This document shows, piece after piece, positions 41,575 through 52,879 of a DNA stretch of 64,000 nt. The stretch covers positions 1 to 64,000 of the forward strand of contig CAVVYZ010000017.1 of the NCBI GenBank assembly GCA_963752595.1. Direction: 5' to 3'. A program made the position numbers and the translations under genes. The number at the start of each line of letters is the position of its first letter. The first letter of the stretch is position 1. This DNA comes from an uncultured delta proteobacterium (GTDB taxonomy: Bacteria; Desulfobacterota; Desulfomonilia; UBA1062). The notes under the pieces are model-generated. The model saw only the letters and a program-made list of their open reading frames with translations, had not been told where the DNA came from and made no database searches.

Positions 41575-42306
41575 TTAGCCTTTCTTGTTCGCACCCGTTT
41601 TTGCCACAAGATTCCCGGCTTTCAGCAGGCTCTCTGTGGTGCCTGCATCGGTCCACCAGCCATTCAGTTTCGACCAGTGCATCGTCTTTGCCTTGATATA
41701 GGCATTATTCACATCGGTTATCTCCAGCTCGCCTCGCTCGGAAGGTGTAAGCCCGCTTATGATATCGAACACCATGGAATCGTACATATAGATACCTATA
41801 ACCGAGTAACTGCTCTTGGGATCCTTAGGCTTTTCCTCGATCTGGACAATCTTGTCTCCCTCAAAAACGGGAACACCGAATCTTTCGGGATCCGGCACAT
41901 CCTTGAGCATGATCCTCGCACCGCCTCCTTGTTTTTTGTACGCATCGACAGCCTGGATGATATTCATCTCTATGATGTTGTCTCCGAGCACCACGCATAT
42001 CGGTCTGCCCTCGGAAAAAGATTCGGCGAGGCTCAAGGCTTCGGCAATTCCGCCCTCTCCTTCCTGGTACGCATAATGGATACGGCTCAGACCGAACTCC
42101 TTCCCGTTTCCCAGGAGCCTCAGAAAGTCACCTGCATTGTTTCCTCCGGTCACAACCATGATCTCCTTGATACCGGCATTGGTAAGGGTTTCGATTGGAT
42201 AGTAGATCATGGGTTTATCATAGACCGGAAGCAAATGCTTGTTCGTTACCTTCGTCAGGGGATAGAGCCTTGTTCCAAGGCCTCCTGCCAGGACAACTCC
42301 TCTCAT
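41575..42306 (-). CDS. rfbA: Glucose-1-phosphate thymidylyltransferase (short SpsI/RfbA type)
   Basis: LAGGLGTRL.PLT...NKHLLPVYDKPMIYYP, EEKP, PS.RGELEITD, WTDAGT. Confidence 0.88.
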   Translation of the reverse strand: MRGVVLAGGLGTRLYPLTKVTNKHLLPVYDKPMIYYPIETLTNAGIKEIMVVTGGNNAGDFLRLLGNGKEFGLSRIHYAYQEGEGGIAEALSLAESFSEGRPICVVLGDNIIEMNIIQAVDAYKKQGGGARIMLKDVPDPERFGVPVFEGDKIVQIEEKPKDPKSSYSVIGIYMYDSMVFDIISGLTPSERGELEITDVNNAYIKAKTMHWSKLNGWWTDAGTTESLLKAGNLVAKTGANKKG

Positions 42307-42366
42307 TATTGCCTCCTTATCACGTATGCGTTATCTCTCAGTATCGCGCAATGGAGAGATATCTTA

Positions 42367-43143
42367 TCACATCTTTGCACGGCTCTTGTCCTTTGCCGGA
42401 CAAGGATCCTCGTACTGTACTCCCACAAGGTACAACCCCTGAGGAGGCGCCGTAGGACCTGCGAGGGCACGGTCCTTCACCGCAATGATCCTCTGTATGT
42501 CATCAGCCTCCATTCTCCCCTGGCCTATCAGGATCAAGGTGCCTAAAATGTTTCTTACCATATGTCGTAAAAAGCCGCTACCTTCGATCAAGAAGTATAC
42601 CTTGGTATCCCTCATGAAGATCTCAGATACATGAATTCTCCTTATGGTGGTCTTAACAGCGGAACCTGCACCCATGAAAGAGCTGAAGTCGTGCTCCCCC
42701 ATAAGCATTCCGGCGGAGATCCTCATGGCTTCGATATCCAACCTTCCGGGAAGGTGCAGGGCATATCTCATGAGAAAAGGGCTGAAGTTTCCCGATGTTT
42801 CTATCACATAAACATAGGTTTTTGATTTGGCACTAAACCTTGCATGGAAGCCAGGGCATACTTCTTCTACATGGGTAACTCTTATATCCCCGGGCAGCAC
42901 GGAATTCATTGCCTTCAAAAGTCCTTCTTCAGGTATGTCTGATGGAGCGTAAAAATTTATTACCTGCCCGATGGCATGGACCCCGGCATCAGTCCGCCCT
43001 GAAGAAATAACCCGAGTTTCATGTTTAAGTATCGTCGAAAGAGCTTTCTCAACCGTTTCCTGGACCGTCTTCGGCCCTGACTGTAACTGCCATCCGTGAT
43101 AACCGGATCCGTCATAGGAAAGAATTGTCTTAATGTTCCTCAT
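42367..43143 (-). CDS. truA: tRNA pseudouridine(38-40) synthase
   Basis: YDGSGYHGWQ, SGRTDAGVHA, FHARFSA, GFLRHMVR, TAPPQGL. Confidence 0.96.
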   Translation of the reverse strand: MRNIKTILSYDGSGYHGWQLQSGPKTVQETVEKALSTILKHETRVISSGRTDAGVHAIGQVINFYAPSDIPEEGLLKAMNSVLPGDIRVTHVEEVCPGFHARFSAKSKTYVYVIETSGNFSPFLMRYALHLPGRLDIEAMRISAGMLMGEHDFSSFMGAGSAVKTTIRRIHVSEIFMRDTKVYFLIEGSGFLRHMVRNILGTLILIGQGRMEADDIQRIIAVKDRALAGPTAPPQGLYLVGVQYEDPCPAKDKSRAKM

Positions 43144-43202
43144 GTTAGGCATACTTCTTGCCGATGAAATATATGAATATATGAAAGAGAGGCAAGGGAA
43201 AT

Positions 43203-43559
43203 ATGTTTTCATTCAACATGTCTTGTAAATTTTTAGGAACTCTTTCACTGAACGTAACCTGCTCCGGCCAGGAATTATCCTTCTGGGGCACAACCAGGGA
43301 ACTGGGCGCAAAAGATTTTTGCTTGGCTGTTCCTACCACGAGGATAAAAACTACATTTTCACAGATACTGAACGAGAATGTAACCATTGCGTGCGAAAGT
43401 GTACTCCTGGAGGGAAATGTGAGCTGGTACACCATCGAAGGAGATTATTATCTCATCGGTATCAGCATCGGTAAGGCCCATCGGTCAGCCTGGAAGAATC
43501 TCTTGTCCGAGAAGTCGAAGGTTTCTCTGCATGCGGAAGTCCGGCATGTCTCGCCTTAA
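43203..43559 (+). CDS. Hypothetical protein, possibly a degenerate PilZ-like beta barrel
   Basis: Fills the gap between truA and the M16 peptidase; G.T.ELG..., G.V.W and YLIGISI pattern. Confidence 0.5.
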   Translation: MFSFNMSCKFLGTLSLNVTCSGQELSFWGTTRELGAKDFCLAVPTTRIKTTFSQILNENVTIACESVLLEGNVSWYTIEGDYYLIGISIGKAHRSAWKNLLSEKSKVSLHAEVRHVSP

Positions 43560-44815
43560 GCGAGAGTGAGGCTCCCCACACCTTCCTCGTCCAGCTTTCC
43601 GAGTGTTACCAGGGTCATCTTGGATTCCTGAAATATATCACCAGACAGATTCACAATATCATCAGCTTGAACGCCTTCGATATGCTCAATAATCTCTTCT
43701 ACCGGGATATCTCTTCCATAATAAATCTCATTTTTTGCAAGCGATGACATCCGGTTCACGGTGTTTTCCCGGGAAAGCAGGAGATTCCCCTTTATCTGCG
43801 TTTTTACATCATCGAGTGAGATGCCCCCGAAATCACCCGTTTTGAGCTTTCTCAATTGATCCGATACGACATCGATGGTCTGCCTCACATAATTCGGCGT
43901 CGTAGCTGCATATATTGCCAGCACACCGCGATCTCGGTAAGAAATTAAATACGAATAGATGGAATAGGCCAGACCCAGTTTCTCCCTCGCCTCCTGGAAG
44001 AGCATGGAACTCATCGAGCCCCCCAGAATGGTATTGAGGGCGATATAAGACCAGCGCGTCTCATCCTTCACGGAAGCGCCTTTCGCCCCCAAGGTAATAT
44101 GAACCTGCTCGATGTCCCTATCGTATACCTTGGTCCTTCCTGTGAGAGACGGGATGGGGTCATCCCCCCCTTGTCTTTCCCCTGAGGGTTTCAGATCTCT
44201 GAATCTGCTCGCTGCCAGATTTACGAGCTTTGTATGTTCAAGATTCCCTACTGCAGATATGATGATGGAAGGTGATGAATAAAACGCAGAGAGAAAATCA
44301 AGGACGTTCTGCCTTTTAAATGAGCTTACGCTTTCAAGGGTTCCGAGAATGGGCACACCCAACGATGAACCCTGGAAAAAATCCTCAGCAAAGAGATCGG
44401 TGATATAGTCGTCGGGCGTATCTTCGGTCATCCTGATTTCCTGGAGGACGACCTTTTTCTCCTTGTCCAGCTCCTCCGAGTCGATTTCCGAATTCAGGAA
44501 GAGGTCAAAGAGAACACCCGATGCCTTTTCGAGATACTCATCGAGCACCCTCGTGTAATACACCGTATATTCCTTGGCTGTCTGGGCGTTCAGGACACCT
44601 CCCAGCGCATCGATCTCCTTTGCGATCTGGACTGCACTTCTCTGCTTCGTGCCTTTGAAGAGCATGTGCTCGGTAAAGTGGGCGATCCCTGAGCAATCAG
44701 AAGGGTCATGCCGGGAGCCAACGCTTACCCATACCCCCAGAGAAACGGAGCGCACCTCCGGCATTTTTTCCGAGATGATGCGGACTCCGTTGTCGAGAAC
44801 TGTTGTAGAGACCAT
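43556..44815 (-). CDS. M16 family zinc peptidase
   Basis: GIAHFTEHMLFKGT (HxxEH), LGGSMSS.LFQE.REK.GLAYSIYS; follows pnp. Confidence 0.93.
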   Translation of the reverse strand: MVSTTVLDNGVRIISEKMPEVRSVSLGVWVSVGSRHDPSDCSGIAHFTEHMLFKGTKQRSAVQIAKEIDALGGVLNAQTAKEYTVYYTRVLDEYLEKASGVLFDLFLNSEIDSEELDKEKKVVLQEIRMTEDTPDDYITDLFAEDFFQGSSLGVPILGTLESVSSFKRQNVLDFLSAFYSSPSIIISAVGNLEHTKLVNLAASRFRDLKPSGERQGGDDPIPSLTGRTKVYDRDIEQVHITLGAKGASVKDETRWSYIALNTILGGSMSSMLFQEAREKLGLAYSIYSYLISYRDRGVLAIYAATTPNYVRQTIDVVSDQLRKLKTGDFGGISLDDVKTQIKGNLLLSRENTVNRMSSLAKNEIYYGRDIPVEEIIEHIEGVQADDIVNLSGDIFQESKMTLVTLGKLDEEGVGSLTLA

Positions 44816-44821
44816 GCAGTA

Positions 44822-46909
44822 TCAGCGATTGGTGTCGTTGAGGGCTTCTTTCCGGCTGAGACGGATCTTGCCGGTCTTGCTGTCTATGCCGATAACCTTG
44901 ACAACGACCTCGTCACCCTCCTTTACAACATCTCTGACACTCTGCACCCTCTCATTCGAAAGCTGGGATATGTGAACCAGCCCGGACTCACCCGACGGAA
45001 AATCAACAAAGGCTCCGAAATCCATGATCTTGGCGACGACGCCGCTGTAAACCCGCCCAAGCTCCATTTCCTTGGTGAGTGCCTGTATCATATCCACAGC
45101 CATCTTGGCATGATCTTCATCCGGGGAGAAGATATCCACCCGGCCGGAATCATCTATTTCAATCTTGGTTTCCGTCTTTGCAATAATATCCTTTATGATT
45201 TTGCCGCCAGGACCGATGACATCCCTGATCTTGTCAGGATTGATACTCAGGGTGAAGATCCGCGGCGCATATGCAGATATGGTATCCCTCGGCCGGTCTA
45301 GCGTCTCGCTCATCTTCTCGAGAATAGAAAGCCTTGCCAGCCTTGCCTTTTCCAGCGCTTCTGCAAGAACCTGCTCGGGTAACCCGGAGATCTTGATATC
45401 CATCTGCAGCGCGGTGACGCCGTCCGAAGTACCGGCAACCTTGAAGTCCATATCACCCAGGTGATCTTCATCTCCAAGGATATCTGTAAGGATCATATAA
45501 ACGTCATCTTCCTTGATGAGCCCCATGGCTATGCCGGCTACCGGCTTTCTCACTGGAACCCCTGCATCCATCAGAGACAGGGAACCCCCGCAGATCGTAG
45601 CCATGGAGGATGATCCGTTCGATTCAAGGATCTCCGAAACGAGCCTGATGGTATACGGGAATGTTCCCTCTTCGGGGAGCACTTTGCTCAGAGCTCTTTC
45701 AGCGAGATTGCCGTGCCCGATCTCCCGTCTGCTTGGGCCCCTGAGCATGCGGACTTCACCAACACTGAACGGAGGGAACGAGTAATGAAGCATGAAGGAC
45801 TTCGTCGTCTCGCCAAGAAGCGTCTCCACCCGCTGTTCGTCCCGTGGAGTTCCTAAGGTCGTCGTTGCGAGGGCCTGGGTTTCTCCGCGCGTAAAGAGCG
45901 CTGATCCATGCGTCCGCGGCAGGATACCCACCCTGCTTTGAATGGAACGTATCTCGTCAAACCCTCTGCCGTCGACTCGTGCCTTCCGCTCTTTCATGAA
46001 CTTGCGTACGATTTCCTTCTCGATTGCGGCAAAGGCCCCCTTGACGGTGAGAGATCTCTCTTCGGTATCATCGGAAAATTTTGCCAGAACCTCTGACTGA
46101 AGTATATCGATCTGGGCATGTCTCTGCTGTTTCGAGTGATTGCCTGCCATGATCTCTTCAACCCTTCCGCCGATGAGTCCCCTGATCTGCCCAAGAAGAT
46201 CCGGGTCTTCTTTCAGCGGATTATAGTTGCTCTTCGGTTTACCGGCCTTCTGCTTCAATTCCTCGACAGCTTCTACGACCTCAAGGATGCGATTGTGCGC
46301 AACGGCTATTGCATCGATGATGGTTTTTTCCGGAAGCTCATTGGCCTCCCCCTCCACCATGACGATGGCATCCCGTGTACCGACAACCATCAGCTCCATC
46401 TGGCTCTTTTCCAACTGGGAAACAGACGGGTCTATGACAAACTCCCCATCTATCAGGCCGACCCGTGCTGCACCGATGGGCCCGTTGAAGGGAATATTCG
46501 AAATGCTCAAAGCCGCCGAGGCTCCGTTGATGGCGAGGATATCAGGTGTAAACGCAGGGTCGGCTGAAAGCACCATTGCAATCACCTGGATTTCGTTCCG
46601 GTATCCCTTGGGGAACAATGGGCGGATGGGCCTGTCTATCGCCCGGGCAGTAAGGATCTCCTGGGCACCCGGCCTTCCGTCTCTCTTGATGAAACCGCCC
46701 TTTATTCTGCCTGCGGCATAACTCATCTCTTGATATTCAACGGTCAAAGGCAGGAAGTCGATACCCTTACGTTCCTCTTTTGCTGCGGTTGCAGTAACGA
46801 GGACTACGCTGTCACCCTGATAAACAAGAACGGAACCATCCGCTTGTCTGGCAACTTCTCCAACGGAAAAAATAAGCGGCGTGCCGCTGCCTCGTGCTTC
46901 TACTTTCAT
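44822..46909 (-). CDS. pnp: Polyribonucleotide nucleotidyltransferase
   Basis: DFLPLTVEY, RREIGHG, ESNGSSSMA, GDMDFKVAGT, KH and S1 domains. Confidence 0.98.
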   Translation of the reverse strand: MKVEARGSGTPLIFSVGEVARQADGSVLVYQGDSVVLVTATAAKEERKGIDFLPLTVEYQEMSYAAGRIKGGFIKRDGRPGAQEILTARAIDRPIRPLFPKGYRNEIQVIAMVLSADPAFTPDILAINGASAALSISNIPFNGPIGAARVGLIDGEFVIDPSVSQLEKSQMELMVVGTRDAIVMVEGEANELPEKTIIDAIAVAHNRILEVVEAVEELKQKAGKPKSNYNPLKEDPDLLGQIRGLIGGRVEEIMAGNHSKQQRHAQIDILQSEVLAKFSDDTEERSLTVKGAFAAIEKEIVRKFMKERKARVDGRGFDEIRSIQSRVGILPRTHGSALFTRGETQALATTTLGTPRDEQRVETLLGETTKSFMLHYSFPPFSVGEVRMLRGPSRREIGHGNLAERALSKVLPEEGTFPYTIRLVSEILESNGSSSMATICGGSLSLMDAGVPVRKPVAGIAMGLIKEDDVYMILTDILGDEDHLGDMDFKVAGTSDGVTALQMDIKISGLPEQVLAEALEKARLARLSILEKMSETLDRPRDTISAYAPRIFTLSINPDKIRDVIGPGGKIIKDIIAKTETKIEIDDSGRVDIFSPDEDHAKMAVDMIQALTKEMELGRVYSGVVAKIMDFGAFVDFPSGESGLVHISQLSNERVQSVRDVVKEGDEVVVKVIGIDSKTGKIRLSRKEALNDTNR

Positions 46910-46917
46910 GATTACCT

Positions 46918-47187
46918 CTACTTCCGGAGATTGAGTGACTGGACGAGTTCCCTATATCGTTTGACGTCTCTGTCTTTGATGTAGTTGAGGAGCCTTCTCC
47001 TCTGTCCTACGAGCATCAACAGCCCTCTCCTTGAATGATGATCCTTTTTATGGATCTTGAAATGTTCCGTGAGATCATTGATCCGCTTCGTCAGTATCGC
47101 TACCTGAACATCGGGAGAACCGGTATCACTGTCATGTCTCTTGAACTGACTGATTATCTCTTTTTTCTTGTCAACGCTTAAACCCAC
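46918..47187 (-). CDS. rpsO: 30S ribosomal protein S15
   Basis: [21 protein letters not shown]. Confidence 0.98.
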   Translation of the reverse strand: MGLSVDKKKEIISQFKRHDSDTGSPDVQVAILTKRINDLTEHFKIHKKDHHSRRGLLMLVGQRRRLLNYIKDRDVKRYRELVQSLNLRK

Positions 47188-47270
47188 TTTTTTTCCTCCT
47201 GCCTACCTTTCTACTATACTATGTTATCCAACGCCGGAAATTAACATACCATTGATTCTGCTGTAAATAG

Positions 47271-48173
47271 CTAATCGAGGAGAAATCCACGTTCAATATA
47301 TCCCCAGATACCTCCTGAAGGCTGGTACCTTGCTACACACAACAATTGTCCATCCGAATTTGTCATGGCAACATAATTCCCTTCGCAGAATTCCGATTCA
47401 TCCATAACCCACGAAAACTGAATGGGGTTGCCTTCCATAATTCCTTTCTGCCCCATGGGTATCACACGCGCCTTCGGTATATGCAGAGCATTTGTGAGAG
47501 GGATGGTGACATCGGCACCACACTCAACCTTCCCTGCAAGCTCATCAAGCGTCAGGGCTTCTTCGATCCGGAAGCCTTCGCTCCTCAGTCTTCTCAAATC
47601 CCGCAGGTAACCCCCATGCCCCAGTGAAGCACCAAGGTCTCTTGCAATGGACCGTATATACGTCCCCCTGGAACAGACAATACGGACTTCCATCCAGTCG
47701 CTGCCGGAACGTAGGACCTCGGCATCCTCAATATATACCTGCTTCTCGCGAGGCTGAACATCCATATTCGCTCTTGTCAGCTTATAGAGAGGCTTTCCCT
47801 GGTACTTCTGAGCACAATACCGGGGAGGAACCTGATTGATCCATCCCTGGTTCTCATTAAACCACCGGATCGCCGAATCAAGATCGACCGTGACCCCTTT
47901 AAAATGCTCGATGGGATTCCCGGTAATATCATCGGTATCTGTCATCATATCAAAACCGATGGTTGCAATATATTCTTTCTGGTGGGCATGCATGAACGGA
48001 AGAAGCTTTGTCCCCTGCCCTATACCTATGCACAGAAGCCCAGTGGCAAACGGATCGAGCGAGCCGAAATGGCCGGCCCGTTTCACCTTCAGGGTTTTCA
48101 TCACATGATCGACGACTTTGCGTGAGGTGATGTCTTTTTGTTTGTCTATGAGAACTACGCCTTGCTTACCCAC
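47271..48173 (-). CDS. truB: tRNA pseudouridine(55) synthase
   Basis: AGHFGSLDPFATG, QVPP.Y.A.K..G, CSRGTYIRS. Confidence 0.95.
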   Translation of the reverse strand: MGKQGVVLIDKQKDITSRKVVDHVMKTLKVKRAGHFGSLDPFATGLLCIGIGQGTKLLPFMHAHQKEYIATIGFDMMTDTDDITGNPIEHFKGVTVDLDSAIRWFNENQGWINQVPPRYCAQKYQGKPLYKLTRANMDVQPREKQVYIEDAEVLRSGSDWMEVRIVCSRGTYIRSIARDLGASLGHGGYLRDLRRLRSEGFRIEEALTLDELAGKVECGADVTIPLTNALHIPKARVIPMGQKGIMEGNPIQFSWVMDESEFCEGNYVAMTNSDGQLLCVARYQPSGGIWGYIERGFLLD

Positions 48174-49084
48174 TTCATTCCTTCCTCGATCACCTGCTCT
48201 ATGAGCTCATCCGCACGTCCTTTGACCGTAAACCCGGCCGCCATGCCGTGTCCGCCCCCGCCAAAGGCTCGAGCGGTCTTTAATGCAGCCTCGGTGCCCT
48301 TGCTCCGTATCGATGCGTGAACCGTATCCGGATTCATCTCTCTTAACAATATGACGAGCTCTGCACCGCCTAATGAGGCAAGCTCTTCGATGATCCCGGA
48401 GGCATCGTCAGGAGCTGCCCGTATATCGCCGAAATCACGGTATCGGATGTAGCTCCCGAATATCCTGCCGGACTGGATGATCCTGTCCATTATCATGCAG
48501 AGGATCTGATAATACTTCAGGCTCCTGTTTTTTTTTAGTTTGTATGCGATCTGATTTGGGTCTGCGCCTGCCTTTGTCAATTCGTAGGCCGTTTTGAAAA
48601 CCTTCGGCGTAGTATTGGAATGGATAAATCCCCCAGTATCACCAAAAAGGCCCATATAAATATTTGAAGCAATGGCCGGGGTAATATCCAGATCCATTGC
48701 CCGGATCAGGTCGTACACCATCTCCGAGGCTGAGGACTTTTTGGGATCGATCCAGCAAGCGATGCCCGGTTGTTCTTTCGTTCTGTGATGATCGATTACC
48801 ACGATCTCTCCGAGAGGCTTGACCCCGCCGAGAAGCTGCATATCGGATACATCCACAAGTATGGATATCTGGGGGGTGATCCCTTTTGTCTGTTTCGGCT
48901 CCGGCGTGAAGAGGAGAGAGTCAGGAATCGGGGATGGATATACCAGACGGACGGTTTTCCCAAGGAGGTTCAGGGCAAGAGCAAGAGCTCGACTCGAGCC
49001 GACGGAATCTTCATCGGGCCCCTCGTGAGTAATGATCTCGAAACGATCATATTCTTTAATTAGCTCAATTATCCGGTTCTTCAT
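48155..49084 (-). CDS. nrnA: DHH family oligoribonuclease/PAP phosphatase
   Basis: HEGPDED, IDHH, DTGGF, FGGGGH..AAG. Confidence 0.88.
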   Translation of the reverse strand: MKNRIIELIKEYDRFEIITHEGPDEDSVGSSRALALALNLLGKTVRLVYPSPIPDSLLFTPEPKQTKGITPQISILVDVSDMQLLGGVKPLGEIVVIDHHRTKEQPGIACWIDPKKSSASEMVYDLIRAMDLDITPAIASNIYMGLFGDTGGFIHSNTTPKVFKTAYELTKAGADPNQIAYKLKKNRSLKYYQILCMIMDRIIQSGRIFGSYIRYRDFGDIRAAPDDASGIIEELASLGGAELVILLREMNPDTVHASIRSKGTEAALKTARAFGGGGHGMAAGFTVKGRADELIEQVIEEGMKWVSKA

Positions 49085-49427
49085 CCTTGTCCAGCTTTTC
49101 CAGAAGTTCGTCTATCTTCGTTCCATAATCAAAAGAAGCATCATAGATGAAAAAGATTTCCGGCACATGCTTAAGCCGAAGCTCTTTACTCAATTCATGC
49201 CGCATAAATCCTGCCGTGCTTTCGAGACCCTCTTTTGCATGTTCCTTTTTTTCAGCATCAAAAACACAGAAAAACACGCGACAGACACGCAGGTCAACAC
49301 TCACATCAACTCCGGTAATCGTAACCCCTTCTACCCGCGGGTCCTTTACCTTTCGTTGCAAAAGTTCCGCTATAGTCTGCTTCAGGAGGTCACCGACTCG
49401 TGCCTGCCTTTTCGTAACAAGCTTCAT
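49065..49427 (-). CDS. rbfA: Ribosome-binding factor A
   Basis: KDPRV, V.VS.DL, LRLKHVPEI.F.YD.S. Confidence 0.96.
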   Translation of the reverse strand: MKLVTKRQARVGDLLKQTIAELLQRKVKDPRVEGVTITGVDVSVDLRVCRVFFCVFDAEKKEHAKEGLESTAGFMRHELSKELRLKHVPEIFFIYDASFDYGTKIDELLEKLDKDEEPDN

Positions 49428-49708
49428 AAATGCATTATCTCCGCCTGATGATACGTAAGCTCGATATCGGGATGCTCTGACAGAGAGTAGGTAATCCTGT
49501 CGAGAATCGAGTTAATATATCCTGCATCATTGCTCGTAACCGCAAAACCCATGGTGGATGTCTGCCATTTGTCCTGGTCTCCCACCTCGGCTACTGAGAC
49601 GTTCATTTTCAAAAATCGATCTTTCAGGGATTTCAACACCCTCCGCTTATCTTTGAGCGATTGCGCCCCCATTATCGTAAACTTGACCTCAAGGGCACCG
49701 ATTACCAC
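49424..49708 (-). CDS. DUF503 (YlxP) protein
   Basis: [23 protein letters not shown]; conserved infB-rbfA position. Confidence 0.9.
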   Translation of the reverse strand: MVIGALEVKFTIMGAQSLKDKRRVLKSLKDRFLKMNVSVAEVGDQDKWQTSTMGFAVTSNDAGYINSILDRITYSLSEHPDIELTYHQAEIMHL

Positions 49709-52316
49709 TGATGCGATGTCTCCACTTTCTGCTGGGTATACGCCTCTATGACATCTCCTACCTTCAAATCATTATATCCACCGAGACCGATTCCGCATTC
49801 ATATCCTGCTGCGACTTCTCGAGCATCATCCTTGAACCGTCTCAACGACTGATCTTTCCATCATGGATAACGACATTGTCCCGCAAGAGTCGTGCGCTTG
49901 CACCTCGCAGGATATGGCCATCGGTCACCATACATCCGGCAATAACACCGATCTTGGGAACCTTGAAAAGATCCCTTACCTGAGCCCTTCCCTGGATAAC
50001 CTCTTCGTAGACAGGCTCCAGCATTCCTGTCAAGGCGTGTTTGATATCCTCGATGAGGTCATAAATAATGGTATAGAGCTTGATATCAACACTGTACTTC
50101 TTGGCCAGCACGCGAGCAGTAGGTTCAGGCCTCACATTGAAGCCCAAGACGATCGCCTTGGCTGTCGAGGCAAGAAGAATGTCATTTTCCGTGATTCCGC
50201 CGACAGCAGAATGAATCACATTAATCCGCAAATCTTGGCCCGCTGTATCAATTCCTTTTACCGAGCCTTCGATCGCCTCGACAGATCCATGCACATCTCC
50301 CTTGATGATGAGATTGAGATCCTTGACTTTGCCTTCCTGCACCTGGCTGTAAAGGTCCTCGAGCGTAACTTTCTCTTTTATTTCCTGTTTCTGCATCTGC
50401 TGCATACTTTTCTCATTCTGGAAATAGGAAACGATTTCCTTGGCCTTCTTCTCATTGGGAACGGCAAAGAATGTATCTCCTGCAGAAGGGAGCTCGGAGA
50501 AGCCGAGGATCTCGACAGGCGTTGCAGGATCAGCCTTCTGAATCGGCTTCCCGGTAAAGTCTAACATCGCACGAGCCTTTCCCCATGTAGGACCGACCAC
50601 AAAAATATCCCCGCGGTTCAACTGGCCGCTCTGGATGAGCACGCTTGCCATGGGGCCTCTCGCTTTATCGAGTTTTGATTCAAGAACTATCCCTCGAGCA
50701 TGTCCTTTCGGATATGCCTTAATATCCATCACCTCTGCCTGGAGGAGGATCATTTCCAGCAGATCTTCCATACCGATGTGATTTTTCGCAGATACATCGA
50801 CATAAATGGTATCACCACCCCAGGATTCAGGCACGAGGCCGAGGTCTGACAATTGCTCTCTTACGCGTTGCGGATTCGCATTGGGTTTGTCGATCTTATT
50901 CACTGCAACCACAATGGGGATCTTAGCTGCCCGGGCATGATTTATCGCTTCTTTGGTCTGATCCATTACTCCATCGTCAGCTGCTACGACAAGGACTACG
51001 AAATCAGTTACCTGGGCACCCCTGGAACGCATGGATGTAAAGGCTTCATGACCCGGAGTATCAATAAATGTAATGGGCTTTCCCTTGCACTGAGCCTGGT
51101 ATGCGCCGATATGCTGAGTTATTCCTCCGAATTCGCTGTCAATAACATTCTCCTGTCTGATAGCATCAAGCAGCGACGTCTTCCCATGGTCGACATGCCC
51201 CATTACCGTGACAACCGGCGGCCTTGGTTCCAACTCTTCAGAGGTATATTCAGGGGGGGTAAGATAGATTTCCTTTATTTCATCACGTGCCTCTTCCACC
51301 TCAAAACCAAGCTCGTGCGAAACCAGCACAGCCTCTTCCGAACTGATATACTGGTTTTGATTTGCCATCACGCCAAGATCTATAAGGATCTTAATGACAT
51401 CAGAAGCCTTAACTCCCATTTCTTTTGCAAGGTTGGAAACCGTAATCGCCTTGCCTATGAGTATCTTTTTCTTCTTAGCAGGGGAAAGTACTGCTCCGAA
51501 CCTACGGTCTTTTTTCCTTTTCAGCTTCTTTCCAAAAGCCGATCGTTCCCCGCCATAGAGATCGGACTGGGTATAGACCTCCATCTCTTTAGGCTTTTTA
51601 ACCTTCTTGACCGCATGTCGTGCTGTTTTATCCTCAGTTTCAGTTACTTCGACAACTGCACCCTCGACCGGCTTACCCTTTTTCCCCTTCTTTTTATCCT
51701 TTTTCTTCTTATCTTCTTCCTTTTCCTCTTTGTTATCCCCGCTCACAGCCGGGACGACAGCCGGTTTTTGCTCTTCTGTTGAGGTCTCCTGCGCTATTTC
51801 CGGTTCTGCTTGCGTTTCCCGGATAACTGGTACTTCTTCTTTTTGCTCTGCAGGCTTTTCCTGAGGCTCTTCGATCGTTACTTCAGGAACAGCTTCGCTT
51901 GCAGGAACCTCACCACCCTCGATTTTTTCCTGTTTTTCTTCGGCCGCTTCAGTTGCTTTCTTTTTATCCCTCTTTTGAAGCTTCTTATCCGGCTCCTGAG
52001 TTATATCTTCTCCTGCCGTCGCTTCCAAAGGAGTCGCCTGCTCATCGGCAGGAGCGGTCGGCAAGGGTGTAACCCGAGCCCTTCGCCTGATAATATTCGC
52101 GCTGACACGTTTCTCTACATAAACATCCTCAAGCGGCTGGTCCGGCTGTTTTTCGGTATCTTTCTGGAATCTCTTCTTTATCCTGTCAATATCGTGAACA
52201 TCGATCATACTCATATTGTTCTCGACAGAGATCGCAAGATCCTTGGCAATTTTCAACAGATCCTTGGGATCTACCGACAAATCCTTAGCTAACTCAAAAA
52301 CCCTCATTTTTTTCAT
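49702..52316 (-). CDS. infB: Translation initiation factor IF-2 (apparent frameshift ~49850)
   Basis: [21 protein letters not shown]. The conserved end [21 protein letters not shown]... is in another frame and stops at 49702. Confidence 0.97.
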
Positions 52317-52879
52317 ACAGCCAGCCCCTTGGAAGAAAGCTTTCCATACTTCTGCAGGTCCATCTCCAGCATGGATATCATGGGACAGCCATGATGAACG
52401 AGAAAACCCCTGCTCCCTTCCCCAAAGATGGAGGGCAAGTAAAAGGTTTTCAATCTGCGGCTCAAAGCAGTTGTATGCACGTTCTCTATCTCTTCTGGAG
52501 GATTATCATGGCTTATAAGGACAAGATCATCCCCCCGGATCAATTTCTCATCTTCCGGGATACCATGGAGATACCCCATCTTTTCACATAATTTTACGTT
52601 TTTCTCTATCGCTTTCAATATAATATCTTGTACCTCTCGTATTACTTCGTCAACACTTTCCCGTTTCCTGAAATATTCCGCTCTAATCCTTTTATTTCTA
52701 AACGCCTCTCGGAGGCATTTTTCATCCGGGCACAGATAAAAGCCTCTGCCCGGTTGCTTATTGTCACCATCGAAAATCACCGTTCCCGATGGCGTTTTCA
52801 TAAATCTCAATAACCTCTCTTTGGAAGTTACGATCCTGCAACCTATGCACTGCCTAACAGGTATATGCCTACCGTCCAC
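52313..52879 (-). CDS. YlxR/DUF448 (RnpM-like) protein with a C-terminal degenerate L7Ae-like extension
   Basis: P.RQCIGCR...K..LLRF, PGRGFYLC....C; lies between nusA and infB. Confidence 0.8.
   Translation of the reverse strand: MDGRHIPVRQCIGCRIVTSKERLLRFMKTPSGTVIFDGDNKQPGRGFYLCPDEKCLREAFRNKRIRAEYFRKRESVDEVIREVQDIILKAIEKNVKLCEKMGYLHGIPEDEKLIRGDDLVLISHDNPPEEIENVHTTALSRRLKTFYLPSIFGEGSRGFLVHHGCPMISMLEMDLQKYGKLSSKGLAV

Noticed and set aside
39649-42306. rfbC missing from the rhamnose cluster
   Set aside because: rfbC is often located elsewhere; this cannot be judged from one window.
49840-49860. infB C-terminal truncation
   Set aside because: The conserved C-terminus is intact in the adjacent frame; probable single-base sequencing error.
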